A stretch of DNA of 64,000 nt, taken from assembly GCA_965112735.1 (NCBI GenBank), contig OZ218950.1:4774001-4838000 (forward strand), given 5' to 3'. This document shows positions 43,812 through 57,400 of the stretch, piece by piece (positions within the stretch are counted from its first letter, which is position 1; each line of letters opens with the position of its first letter). A program made the translations under genes and the position numbers. The notes below the pieces were generated by a model. It did no database searches. It had not been told where the DNA came from and saw nothing but the letters and a program-made list of their open reading frames with translations. The DNA comes from Phaeosaccion multiseriatum. Taxonomy: Eukaryota; Protista; Ochrophyta, other classes.

Positions 43812-45587
43812 TCCTCCTCCTCCTCCTCCTCCCCTCCTCCTACTGCTCCTGTTGCCTCATCCATGTCCTTCTCCTCCTCCTCCTCCTCCTCCTCCATCTC
43901 CTCCTCCTCCCTCCCCTCTTCCTCCTCCTCCCCCCCTTCTTCCTCCTCCTCCTCCTCCTCCTCGTCCCTCCCTCACTCACCATCGTGTACCCTGGTGTTC
44001 GCTCTGTGAATCTTCCTGTTGAGGGCCATGAGAAGGGCGATGCCGTGCTCCGCCACGGCATACGGACTGACCACAGTCACAGTATTCGAAGGGTCGAGAG
44101 GTGAGTACACAAGTTTTGGAAGGACAAGTGAGGGAGGGGCAAAAAGGGGATGGGAATGGTGCCAGTCAGAGCCACACACACACACACGCACGTACACACA
44201 CGCACCCACACACGCACGCACACACGCACATACACACACGCATGCACACACACACAGACACACACAGACACACACGCACATACACAGACACAGACAGACA
44301 CACACACACATACACGCACACACACACGCACGCACATACACACACGCACGTACACACACATACATACACACACGCACATGCACACACACAGACACACACA
44401 TGCGCACATACACACACGCACGCACACACACACAGAGACACACACACGCACATACACACACGCACGCACACACACGCACATACACACACGCACGCACACA
44501 CACAGACACACACAGACACACACACGCACACACACACGCGCACGCACGCACACACACACATACACACACGCATATACACGCACACGCACGCACACAGACA
44601 CACTCACATACACACACACGCACACATACACACACGCACGCACACACACATAGACACACATGCACACACATACACACACACGCACACACACACACGCGCA
44701 CGCACACAGACACACACGCACATACACACACGCACGCACACACACACACACACACATGCACACACACGCACGCAGATACACACACGCACGCACACACACA
44801 CAGACACACACGCATACACACACGCACACACACACGCACGCACACACACATACACACACGCACACATACACACACATACCTGTAGGCCGGAACCCTGACC
44901 ACTGTCAAGTCGAGACTGTTTGCGGTCTTGCAGTCCACCTTTGATGTGAGAGAAGGTAGGTCGAACCCAGCAACGACGAGCCAAAGGGAGAAGAAGGGAG
45001 GGGAGGGAAGGGGAGGGAGAGCCAACAAGAGGAAATGTGTACACAACACAATGTGTGGGGTTAGAGACGCGAGGAAGAGGTGAGTGGGGATGGCGGAGCG
45101 GAGCGGCGAGGAGGAGGTGTACGGGATCAGGGAAGCGAAGCGGGGAGGAGGGAGGAGGGAGGGGGGAGTAGAGAGCGATGATGCATCCATGACGTGGAGA
45201 GACAACGAGTTCCCTCCTCCTCCTCCTCCTCTGCCCTCCTAATTGGCCCCTCCCACCACTCTGTCCACCTCTCTACTGCCGCTTGCCCTTCTCACCCTGT
45301 CAAAGCCGGCGCATCGCAAAGCGATCATCTTCACCCCCAGCTTGCTCAGGGCCACGAGGACTTCCTCTGTCGAAGAAGAGGTAGAGAAGAGAGAGAGGAG
45401 TGGAGAGAGAGAGGGGGAGGAGGAGAGAAAGGGGGGAGAGAGGGGGAGAGAGGGAGAGAGAGGGGATCGTATTTTCAAGGGAAGGATTTGCGCTTGATGA
45501 GTATGAATGAAAATGAGTATGTAGAGCGAACGCCCCCCCTATGGCTGCAACACACGCACACGCACGCACACACACACACACGCACCC

Positions 45588-45640
<53 letters not shown>

Positions 45641-47061
45641 CACACACATACACATACACATACACACACACGGGAACTGGCTGATGCTGACTGGACACTG
45701 AAAATAACAATATCAACAACAAAAACATTGACGAGGACCCACCCACATTACAACACATAACACACACGTCACCCACACCCATTATATTATGTCTAATGTA
45801 CTTGCACGCACCTCCTGCGTCGTCGTTGACGAAGAGACACACCACCTGAAAGCCGTGCGCTCTCGACACGGTTTGCGGGGACAGGAGGTCCGAAGTGTAG
45901 CTCACTTGCAGCTGCGAGGAGGGCTTGCCGACCACAGCGGGGGAAGCGTTGTAAGCCGCAGCCTGGAGGTCGAAGTTGTCCACCACCCATGGGGAGGAGC
46001 CGAAGCACAGCACCTAAGGGGAGGAGGAGGGGGGGGGGGGGGAGGGGAGGGAAGAATAAGCGCAACCCTCCCTCTCCTCCCCTCCCCTCCTTGCTTGCCT
46101 GCCTCATGCCAATGACCTTTACCTTGGTGCCCTCGAAGACCTTGCCGGAGGTGAGGGAACGCACGATCTTCGTCTCGCGTCTGAGTCGCATGGCAAGCTC
46201 TGCACACAGCCCTAGGGCTAGCATAGGCTCCTTGGCCAGCAGGGCCTTGAGGTTGTCTCGACTCATCTCCCACACCTGTTGACCAAGGGGTGGAGGGGAG
46301 AGGAGGGAGGGGGGGGGGGGAAGAGGGAAAGGATTAAAAGGAATGAAAGGAGAAAGGATCAAACTCTGAGCGAGCAGAAGTCGGTAGAGACAGCAGTAGC
46401 ACTAGCAGCACCAGCAACAGGAACCGCAACAGGGACAGGAACAGCAGCAACAGGAACGGCAGCAGGAGCAGCAGCAGGAAAGAACATCTCACCTCGCAGT
46501 CTGTCTCCGCCGTGACGGTGGCAAACTGCACAGATTTTTTATCATCTCCTGCCGCCTGGGAAAGGCAATGCAGCAGTCCCGGTGAGTCCCCCGCTTTGAG
46601 GTGGTCCACCACCACTTGGTGCCCGTCCTTCTCACGCGTCCTCTTCAAAGTCCCGGTCGCTACTAAGAAGAAATTCACGGCGGGCTCTCCTTGCTCCACA
46701 ATGACATCCCCTGCTGGCACTTCTCGATCTGGGACATTACATGCAGCAACAGCAACAGCAGTGGCAACAGCAAAGCGCCAAAGAGAGGAGAGTCAGAAAG
46801 AAAGAGAACAAAGTAATAAAGTTTTTTTTTTTTTTTTTCTCCCTCGCACCCCTGAACAGTAGCAGTAGTGAGAGCAGGGTACTTACATGTCATTTCCTTC
46901 GCGAGGAGCCTGAGGAACGGATCGAGGTCCTCATTTTCCTCGAGCTTGGCCGCGTTCACAATATCCCGTCCCGAAAAGCTCGCGATGCGGGCTGCATTAC
47001 GCAGAGGTCCCTTGGAATCCAGGATAACGTGCGCAGCGTCCTTTGCAGTTTCCTTCTCCAT
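40985..47061 (-). CDS. NAD-dependent D-lactate dehydrogenase (LdhA-type D-2-hydroxyacid dehydrogenase) fused to an N-terminal cNMP-binding-homology (CRP/FNR-like) domain, ~11 exons
   Basis: Contiguous spliced frame: MEKETAK...|[26 protein letters not shown]...[10 protein letters not shown]|VWEMSRDNL...ELAMRLRR...|...VCLFVNDD|[10 protein letters not shown]|VD...VRVPAY|SPYAVAEH...LNRKIHRA|[27 protein letters not shown]|...IINTS|RGPLVD...GLDVFEGE...NVLVTG|HQAFFTQEA...HPNSVF*. Confidence 0.9.
44174..44878. repeat. Degenerate (CA)n tract, ~700 bp; reads (GT)n on the sense strand after a donor
   Basis: Directly visible. Confidence 0.95.
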
Positions 47062-47429
47062 GCTTGTGATGCTTGTGTACTTGATGAATGATGGGTGTGC
47101 GTGGTGCAGAGACGGAGACGGGCCGTTATTATGAAATGGAGGAGGGAAGAAAATGAGAAAATGCGAGAATGCATTAGTATTATTGTAATTCGAAAGCCAT
47201 TTGTGCATTTGGAGCCCTTTAGAGCCGGAAACCGGCCCAAAAAACAACCGTTACGTTTGACTTTTGGCTCGTCCGGTGGTGGGGCGTCCGTGAGAGCGGG
47301 GGCCGGTCTGCATCCCTTTTCTTTTTTCTTTCTTCTCCCATGGCTGGCTAATTGCTTTGACTTGATTAATGGGGAATATGCGCTCGTCGGCATCAGTGGC
47401 ATCGGCCCTGGAAGAGGTTACAGTGTGCG

Positions 47430-47800
47430 CCGGTCATAATCAGTAATCAGGCCGGCTAGCGCCCGTCATAATCAGTAATCAGACCCGGCTGGCGCCGGCC
47501 ATAATCAGTAATCAGGCCCGCCTGGCGCCATAATCAGTAATCAGGCCGGCTGGCGCCGGCAGTAATCAGTAATACCTCTCTCTAGGGCCGAATGGCCCCC
47601 CTTCCAATGGATGGCCACTTGCAACGACTCCACAAGTCGAACGTAGTAGTAAATCTGAAGCTCCAATCCGGGATAGCTACTGTAGTACTTCGTAGTAGAA
47701 AGGAATGAATTGGCGATAGCTACTGTAGTACTTCGTAGAGTGTAGTGATCAATCCGGGATAGCTGCTCTGTAGTATACTTCGTAGAGTGTAGTAATCAAT
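47430..47800. repeat. Two adjacent minisatellites upstream of the D-LDH gene
   Basis: ATAATCAGTAATCAGGCCGGCTGGCGCC-type unit about x5 (47436-47573), and imperfect copies of AATCCGGGATAGCTACTGTAGTACTTCGTAG (47665-47800). Confidence 0.85.
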
Positions 47801-48147
47801 CCGCGCGGCTCTTGGCGATGGCCAATGGCCAATACGCTCTTGAAATACGCCCCCCACCTTCCTTCCCCTCCTTTGTGTCCCGCGGGTGGCTTCAAGGAAG
47901 CAACAAAGCGAGGAGCGCTTTTGTCGCCATCCACTGCCATCCACTTGCTCCATGGCAACAAGGGATCAACCAGGCGGTCATCACATCAGACATATCGTCA
48001 CCGCACAGCCTTCCTGTCCCTCCACTCGATCGATTGATCGATCGATCGAGAGAGAGAGAGAGAGAGAGATACGATCGAGAGAGAGAGCCTAGCCAGCCTA
48101 GCCAGAGAGGAGACAAAGAGCCTACAAGCCCACGGTAGCCTCCCCGC

Positions 48148-49328
48148 CTAGCCCAGTACCACTGCAAAGGGGCTGCCCTCGATGTCCTCTTCGCTAGGAA
48201 AGAGCCTCTCGGGAGGCACGAGCTGACGCGGGGTGAGCAGCGACGACCACCACAATGAAACCCTCGCCTCTCCGCCTTGCTCCACAAACTCCACTACCAC
48301 ACGCTCGAGTTGTTCCGCAGCTGAGAAAGAGTAGCTAGGGAGGGGGAGGGGGAGGGGGGAGGGGGGAGGAGAGGGGAGGAGGGGGGAGGAGAGGGGAGGA
48401 GGAGGAAAGGGAGGATGGGGGAGGGGAGTATGGGAGTATGGGAGGAGGGGGGGGGGAGGAGGACAGGAGTATGGGAGGAGGGGAGGAGGGGGGGGGGGGG
48501 AGGACAGGAGTGGGGAAGAGGAGTGGGGTGGAGGGGATGAGGGAGGAGGGTGGAGGGGAGAGGGGAACAGGGGGGTGGAAGGGGTGAGTGCAAGTGCATA
48601 ATCATTTCCTCTGTAGAGGACATAAGACTCTTTCCAACCCTCCCCCTCCCCCTCTCCACCCCCATTCCTCCTTCCCTCCCTCCTTCCCTCCCTCCCTCCC
48701 TCCCTCCCTCCCTCCCTGCCCCCCCTTCCTCCCTCCCTCCCTCCCTCCCTCCCTCTCTACCTCCCTCCCTCCCTCCCTCCCTCCCTACGCTCGCTTACCT
48801 TCCGCTGCTCACTCCCGAGGCTGTGTCCACGACAAGCATGCCGCTGACAAAGAGCCGGGCCTCATCATCTGCCCGGAGGTGAAACTCATACTCCCCTTCG
48901 AAGGCTGACTTGATGAAGCCTGTCCATCTCACCGACACAAAGTCACGCACCCCTCCGGACAGGGCGGGTGATGATGATGATGATGATGGTGGTGATGATG
49001 ATGAAGACGACGACGACGACAACGACGAAGCCAACATAGAGACACCCTCCTTCTCCTCCTCCTGCTGCTGCTGCTGCTTCTGCTGCTGTTGGTCCTCTGC
49101 CGGGACTATGAAGATGGGCTCTGCCGCTGTCCAGAAGTAGTGCAGCGGTGCGGCATCCTCCCCTTGGGTCGCTGCCGGCCCCTCCAGCCGGGTATTGGTC
49201 CAGTAGGTGCCCGTCAGGCCACCCCCTCCCAGCAAAGGGGACCTGCTCTCCAGAGGGACGGGGGACGGGGCAGCCATCGCGAGCGTGTGTGTGTGTGTGT
49301 GCGTGCGTGCGTGGGGGTGGGTATGTAG

Positions 49329-49373
<45 letters not shown>

Positions 49374-49647
49374 CATTGATGGGGCGTGGGAGGTGAGCGG
49401 ATCGGCGTGTGGATATACGTAAGTACGTACATACGTAATATACGTATGTACAGTGTTGCGATTGCGATACCATTGTATTGTTTCCGTCTTGAGTGAGCAC
49501 CCCAGGGGGGGAAGGGGAGTCTTGCGCGTCCATCAAACTCAAAAGCCGAAACTCAAACAATGGGAGATCTGACCCAAGTAACACATATACACGCACACGC
49601 GCACACACACAGACACCCACCCACACCCACACCCACACCTACACCCA

Positions 49648-49687
<40 letters not shown>

Positions 49688-50102
49688 CACACCCACGTGC
49701 TTACCTATCATCGTGCTTGATCCTCCTTGCCAACGCCACTTTGAGGGTGTGCTCCCCTTCTCCTTGGGGTACGAACCGAAATCTGTAACCGCCGCCACCC
49801 CCCTCCCCCAAGTCGGTTACAGGAGCGAAGTAGTCCCTCCCCCTACCCCCTCCGTCCGGCCCCTGTACTTCAACATACCAGTGCTCCCCTCCCTGCGTCC
49901 TTTTATTCCCCCAGCGATCTCTGGCTGTGAGGTGGAGCAGAGTGGTGACATTGGACGTGAGGTTCGAGGCCCGCACCAGTCTCTCGGCGCAGTCGTCACA
50001 GCCGCTGGAGGGTCCGTAGGCAGGGCCGGGCTCCAAAGTGAGAGAGAAGGGCGAGCCGAGGATGGGGACGGCACTTGCTTCTTGTCCTCCTCCTCCTCCT
50101 CC

Positions 50103-50134
<32 letters not shown>

Positions 50135-51248
50135 CGTCCTCTTCTCCTTCTTGGAGACTCACGTGTACGTGGTACAGCCTGTGATGGTCGGGGTGGCGTG
50201 CGTGTGAACAACAAAACAACCAACTCCAAACTCGAACTAACCTCCCAACAGGAAGAAGGAAGCTGACAACCGTAAAAGAGGAGGCGACGCGAGTACAGCG
50301 TCGCAAGAGTTGCAGCAAGTGCCGAAGCCCCAACCTCCTACCCCGTCCTTCACCCCCCCCCCCCCCCGCCTCTCCTCCTCTACTTCCCTCTTGACTCCTC
50401 CTGAGCAAGCAAGCCCCTCCTCTCTCACTCACCCCGCCACCGTAGCGTTGTACTCCACTCGGTACTCGCCACCCTGTGAGGTGCTGTAGTGCACCACACC
50501 CTCAACCTCCGCCACACTTGCGTCAAGGCTGTGCACAAGCCGTACGGAAAAGTCCCCATCCACTGCCATCTGCCGCCCCTCCTCTGACTCCTTGGGCAGG
50601 CGTCGGTTGGCGTGCTTGTCAAAGGCGCGGATGGTGAAGGTGGATTCTCCATACATGCCCCCACAGGTCGCCGTTCCGAGACTGCCACTACCGTAACTGT
50701 CACTAGTGTAACTGTCATTCCTGCCACTGCTGCTACTACCACCATCACTGTTGATAGCGGTTCCGTAGCGGTCATACACCACCGTCGTGTTGGCAGCGAT
50801 CGGTCCAGGAACGATCGTCAAGGCAAAGGGACTCTCCTCCACATGAGAGGCTGCTACTCTCTGCTGCACATGGTTGTAGCCCATGTCCCATTCGCCACTC
50901 TCAAAGCTCTCGAGGAGGATGGACAACACAAAACGGCCAGAGGAGGTCGGGTAGTAGGAGGCACGATAGGTGCCGTCGGAGTTATCGGTAATGGAGCCGT
51001 GCAGGAGTGCGCCGCTTTTGCTGTGTGGAGGGAGGAGGGTGGGATGGCAGTGGATGGGGAATGTGTGGGCGGGGTGGGGTGGGGTGGGGTGGGGTGGTGG
51101 TGAGGCATGGTATGGAATAGATGAGTGTGTGTGTGTGTGGGTGGGTGGGTAGATGGGTGGATGGCAGTGGGTGGATATGTGCCCAGTGGTAAGGGGGGGG
51201 GAGGAGGGAGAGTGAGGGAGCGGGAGAGGGGGAAAGAGGGTGTGTGTG

Positions 51249-51297
<49 letters not shown>

Positions 51298-51331
51298 GAT
51301 AGAGAGAGAGGGAGAGAGAGAGAGAGAGAGG

Positions 51332-51367
<36 letters not shown>

Positions 51368-54300
51368 GGGAGAGAGGACCTCCTTCGCACTTCCTGGCCA
51401 GCGCCCACCCATCCACCCAACCACCCACCCAACCACTCACTGACCCACTCACTCATTCACCGACCCACCCACTGACCCACCCACCCACTCACTCACTCAC
51501 TCACTCACTCACCCTTTGGCGTAGACTGTGGGGCTCAGTCCTCCATCCCACCTTCGGTTCCCAAAGGCATCTCGAGCTTCGATGGTAAAGTGTTCCAAAT
51601 ATCCCACTGTATGTACGCGATGTTGAAGATGAAGTTGAAGTTGAAGTTGAAGCTGTTGATTTGGTTCCTCCTGTTCCTCCGCCCCCTGCAAGTCTGAGTG
51701 TACCCCCCCTCCATAGGCCACGGAGGCTCGGGGAGAGGGGCTGGCGGGCCAGAGGGTGATCGGAGAGGACCAGCCGGGGCGAAGGTGACTCAGAGCCGAG
51801 GCAGGGATAACCTGAGGTTAGGGGGGGGGGGGGGGGGAGGACGAGCGAGGGGGAGGAGGAGGTGAGAGGTGAGAGGTGAGGAAAGGCGAAGGCCTGGGGA
51901 CGAGGGCGTGGGGGAAGGAGGGAGGGAAGGACGAAGGGGGGGAGGGAAGGAACCTCACCTACTCACTCACTCACTCACTCACCCCCTCAATCACTCACTC
52001 ACTCACCCACTCACTCATTCTCTCACTCACTCACTCACTCGCTCCCTGCCTCCCTTACTCACTCATTCACTCACTCACTCACTCTCTTACTCCCTCCCTC
52101 CCTCCCTCACCTGTCGGGGCATGCTTGAAGACGCCCACTCAAGCTTTACTTTCGCCTCTCCTTGCATATGCATGTAGCGCAGCTCCAGGGGGACACGGGA
52201 CCCCGGGGGGAGGGCCACACTTACTGTCCGCTCCGACGACAGCACCTTTCCCATGGCCTGAGGGGGGAAGGAAAAGGGGGCGGGAGGGGGAGAGGAAAAG
52301 GGTGCACACAATGTTAAGAAATGTTAAGAAAGGGTATGAGCAGGAAAGACAGAAACACACACACACACACAAGAGAACACACCAGAGAGTACACACACAC
52401 AAGAGAACACACCAGAGAGTGAGAGAGAGACACACAGAGAGAGAGAGAGAGAGAAAGAGACAAGAGTCGTCCCCCCCCCCCCCCCCCCAACGCCCACTGA
52501 CATACCGGAGTCCGGCCTGCTGCCTCCCACGGCCCGATGATGTCATCAACGAGCACTACTCCATCCACCTCGAGCAGCACCAACGAACTGGAGTCCGTGC
52601 TAACAGTGAAAGCGTACTCTTCGTACTCCTCGTACTCCCTTCCCTCCGCCTCGTGGCCTTGTGCGGCGGCTCGTTGCGGCGGCGTGTCCACAAAGCCACC
52701 GAAGATGACGCTAAAGTGGTCGGCAGGGAAGGAGGGGGACGAGACATTGTCAATGTCAACCCCCTGAGTGGCCACTAGGTGCGCCTCTGGACTGAGGAGT
52801 CCCCAGTCCATGTTCACAGCTCCTTTGGTGTACCAGTCTTGCTTACCCGCCAGCAGGTCTGTTGTTTGTGTGGCGTGTTGTGTGTGTGTGAGAGAGAGAG
52901 AGAGAGTGTGTGTGTGAGTGAGTGAAGCAAAGGGGCAGAGGAGATGTGGGGGAAGTGGGCAGCAGCTAGCGTCACGAAACAGTATCCCCCCTGGTACTGC
53001 CCCTTGTCGCTCGCCCCTGTCTGTCTCTCCTCCTCCTCCTTATCATGCCTGTATCTGCGTGGTACTGTCCCCACAAGCCGCCACCCTCTGTGATGTAGAT
53101 GGTCATGTTGTAATCTCCCGCCGTCGTCCCTGTTGTGACGATGTACGAGCCGTCCCCAACATCGCGAACTGACGTGTCTAGCGGGGCTGTGGAGAGGGAG
53201 GGCGCGCTGTTCGGTACATAGGGGTCAAAGGAGAGGGGAAGAGAGGGGGAGGAGAGGAGAGGAGAGAGAGGAGAGAAGGAGAGACGAGAGGGGAGAGAGG
53301 AGGAGAGAGTGGAGAAGGAGAGGAGGAGAGGAGAGGAGGAGAGGAGAGGGAGAGGAGAGGAGGAGAGGAGAGGAGGAGAGAAGTGGAGGAGAGGAGAAGA
53401 GGAGAGGAGAAGAGGAGAGGAGAGGCGGTATGACGTCAAAGACCGCACAACAGCTCCAGCACAGTCACACAACAGTTCCAGCACAGTCACACAACAGATG
53501 CAAAAAGACCAGTCAATCAAAACACAGTCGAAACACAGCAACGAAAAGCCACAGAGTCAAAACTCAGTCAAAACTCAGTCAAAACTCAGTCAAAACACAG
53601 TCAGTCAGCAGTCCCCAATGCCTCTTACCTGACGAGCTGTGCGGCGGCTTCCCACGTCACGCGAATGTCCTCTCCTCCCGCTGTGGCGTTGTTTTTCCAC
53701 ATGTCCTGCAGCAAGGGGTGAGGCAGGCAGGGGGCAGGGGCGAGAGGGAGGGTCACTTCACTTCACTTCACTTCACTTCACTTCACTAGGCCTTACCCAA
53801 TACTCAATCGAGTCTTATGTATCGAGGGGCTCGATCAAGAATATCGAGGGGCTCGATCAAGAATATCGAGGGGCAGGGAGGGTTCAGGGCGAGGGGCAAA
53901 CAAGAGGGGAACAGCGGGACGACATGGAGCAGCAGCGCCTCACAGCACAGCAGTTGGTGATACAGCACAACACACAAAGCAAAGCACCTCCCTCCTCTCA
54001 CCCTCGCTTGCAGATAGACAGTGTTCTCCCCGGCCACTTGCTGCGTCCAGCTCGAGAGAGTGTGAGGTGCGTAGGCTCGGTTGGGTCCCACGTACACCCC
54101 AAACGGGGACCCCTCAATGTGGGCCCCCGACCGACAGTCCCGTACAGTCAATGAGAAGTTGCCCGTCTTGGTGCTGTTGTACGTAGCTTCAAAGAGCCCC
54201 ACTGTCGTTGTATCACCAACTGCTGAGGCTGAGGAGGAGAAGGGCCGCACGGAGCCATAGAACTCGAGGCTGCTGCTGCTGCTGCTACTGCTGTTGTTGC

Positions 54301-54393
54301 TGTCGCTGTCGCTATCTCTGAGTGTCACATTGAAGGCTGCTCCTTCGCTGCACAAACTCCCTCCACCACCACCACTACTACTACTACTACTAT

Positions 54394-54428
<35 letters not shown>

Positions 54429-57400
54429 CCAGTGGTTGAGTTTCCATATTGGTCGGTCGGGTTGCCGAAGCTGTCTCGGGCTTGGATGAGGAAGCGCGAG
54501 TCTTCTCCTGATACCACGAGAAGGAGGAGGAGGAGGAGGAGGAGGAGGAGGAGGAGGAGGAGGAGGAGGAGGAGGAGGAGGAGGAGGAGGAGGAGGAGGA
54601 GGAGGAGGAGGAGGAGGAGGAGGAGGAGGAGGAGGAGGAGGAGGAGGAGGAGGAGGAGGAGGAGGAGGAGGAGGAGGAGGAGGAGGAGGAGGAGGAGGAG
54701 GAGGAGGAGGAGGAGGAGGAGGAGGAGGAGGAGGAGGAGGAGGACGAGGAGGAGGGGGCGGGGGGCAGCGGTCGGTTGTGTTGACAAGGGTTGAGACTGA
54801 CTCAAGGGTAAAGTGACTCAAGGGGAGCGACTCAGTTTGTATCAGGTGGCCCGCCCCCCTCCTTCTCTCCCTCGTGCTCCACACCTGCTAGCCATACCCC
54901 CCCCTCCCGGCCCCCTCTCTCCCCTCCACCCAACACACACAACACCCCACGCACGCACGCACGCACGCACGCACCTGCAACAGCGAAGCTCAACGCCGTT
55001 CCGCTTGCCGTGGCGTTGCCCGTCGATGGCCCACCCTGCACCTCCACTTCAAAGGGGCTCCCCTTGATGGGCAGTCCGTTCACCTCCACATAGAGCAAGC
55101 TGAAACTCTCACTGCTCTCACTGAGGCTCTCGCTGCCCACCAGGGGCGTGTAACGGACGAGAGACAGTCCAGAGCCGTTCCCGAGGTAAAAGGGCTCTCC
55201 CTGGACCGTTACTCTGACGGTTTCATTGTTGTTTGAAGTGGAGGTGATGGTGGTACTGGCGGCGTCGTAGTCGGCCCTGTGAGTGGCCACGAGGGTGGCG
55301 TTGACGGTGAAGTTCTGCTCGTCCCAAAGGGTGTTGGCGAAGCGGTCTCTCGCCTTAAGGGGGGAAGGGAAGGGAAGGGGAGGGGAGGGGAGGGGACGGG
55401 AGGGGAGGGGAGGGTGTAGGGTGGGGGGGGGGGAGGGGAGGGAGGGAGAAGGGGAGAGACGGAGGGAGGGAGAGGAGGAGGGGAGGGGGGAGGGGAGACC
55501 CAGTCAGTCAGTCAGCCAGCCAGTCAGCCAGCCAGCCAGGCACACTCAGTGTGGAGCGCGCGGGTTTCTGCTCGGGCGTTCCGGCGTTGAGGTTTGCTTT
55601 GCGTTGTCTTGCCCTCCTTTCCCTCACCTGCACGTAGAAGGAAGTCTCCACAGTGGCAGTGGCTTGTGACGTGCCGCTGCCGTGTGCGCTGCACGCAGGA
55701 CCGAACGCTGCAGAGGGGCGCAGAGGGGCGGTATGTCAGGAAAAGGAGTGAGGGCTTCAGTGAGTGAGTGAGTGAGTGAGTGAGTGAGCGAGCGAGTCAG
55801 TCAGTCGGGGAGTCGGGCGACGGGGTAGTAGTGGGAAAAGCACTCATCAAAAGCACTCATTCGCTCTCCCAAGTAAGGCAAGTACCCCGTGGGCCCCTCT
55901 GTACAAAGCCACAGGGGGGCAGCACAGCAGAAAGGCAGTCACAGATGGGCGGAGAGCACTACAACGCGAAGCACCATGCCAAGCACCAAGCGCTAAGCAG
56001 TAAGCACCAAACTTACTTACTTACTCACTCACTCACTCATTCACTCACTCATTCACTCACTCACTCACTCACTCACTCATCCACTTATTCACTCACCTTC
56101 CGCCGGGTGAATGGTGATGTCATAGGGACTGTCAGCAACGTGATGCCCCTCCAGCGTGAGGCTGAGAACAGAGGGACCAGCCACGACGGGCCACACACTG
56201 GCATTGTATGTACCCGTGTTGTACGTACCCTCGTTAGAGGCGTCGCCGTCTGTGACGATTCCGGCGTGAGCGTAGGGGTGTTCGAGACTGTGCACATAGA
56301 GCTGCACAGAGTGCACGCCGTGAAAGAGGGAGGGGAGGGAGGGATGGCAGTAGATGGCAGTAGATGGCAGTGAATGGCAGTGGATGGGGAGGAGGCGTGG
56401 GTCAAACAGGGAGGCGGGTCGGCCCTTTCTATTGGGAAGGAAGAAGATAGTAAGCCAGTCGCACCACTTTTTCCTTCCAAACTCACTCACTAAACTATAG
56501 CATTCCTTGTTAGCAAATCACAGAACAATGCTGAAATACAACTCACTCACTCACTCACTCACTCACTCACTCCCTCACTCACTCACTCCACTCACTCACT
56601 AGCTCACTCACTCACTCTCTCACTCACTCACTCACTCACTCCCCTCACTCCTCGCTCACTCACTCGCTCACTCACTCGCTCTCTTCCTCCCTCCCTCCCT
56701 CCCTCACTCACTCACTCACTCACTCACCCTCCCTCCCCAACTCCCTCCACACGCCCCTCACCTGAAAGTCGTCCCCCCCCTGGCCTCTGAGATTGTCCAT
56801 GACATCCCTCGCTACCACCGTCATGTTGGTCACCTCCCCCGCCGTGGCATCCACCACACCCTCCCACCCATACAGCCTGCTTCTCTTGGCAAACGTCTCG
56901 GCCGGGGAAACCTCCACGCGAAAGGGTGAGCCGACAATGTGCCCGCTTCTGCTGTCCCCCTGCTCCTCCCCTACCCCCTGCCAGGCTTCAAAGGTGACGT
57001 TGAGCAGATGCGTGCCTGTGACGTAGGGGGTGTACGTCACCCTGTAAGTGCCGTCAGTCGGGACGTATTCGACTTTACCGGAAACTGTTCGGGCCCCGAT
57101 GCCGCCTCCGTTGGCACCGCGACCCTGCCCGTCTTCGGTGGGTACGGAGAGGGAGAGCACTGAGGAGAGAAGGGGGGGTTGCGGGAGAGGGAGGGAGGGA
57201 GGGAGGGGGGGAGGGAGGGAGAGGGAGGGAGGTAGGGAGGGAGGGAGGGAGGGAGGGAGGGAGGGAGGGAGGGAGGGAGGGAGGGAGGGAGGGAGGGAGG
57301 GAGGGAGGGAGGGAGGGAGGGAGGGAGGGAGGGAGGGAGGGAGGGAGGGAGGGAGGGAGGGAGGGAGGGAGGGAGGGAGGGAGGGAGGGAGGGAGGGAGG

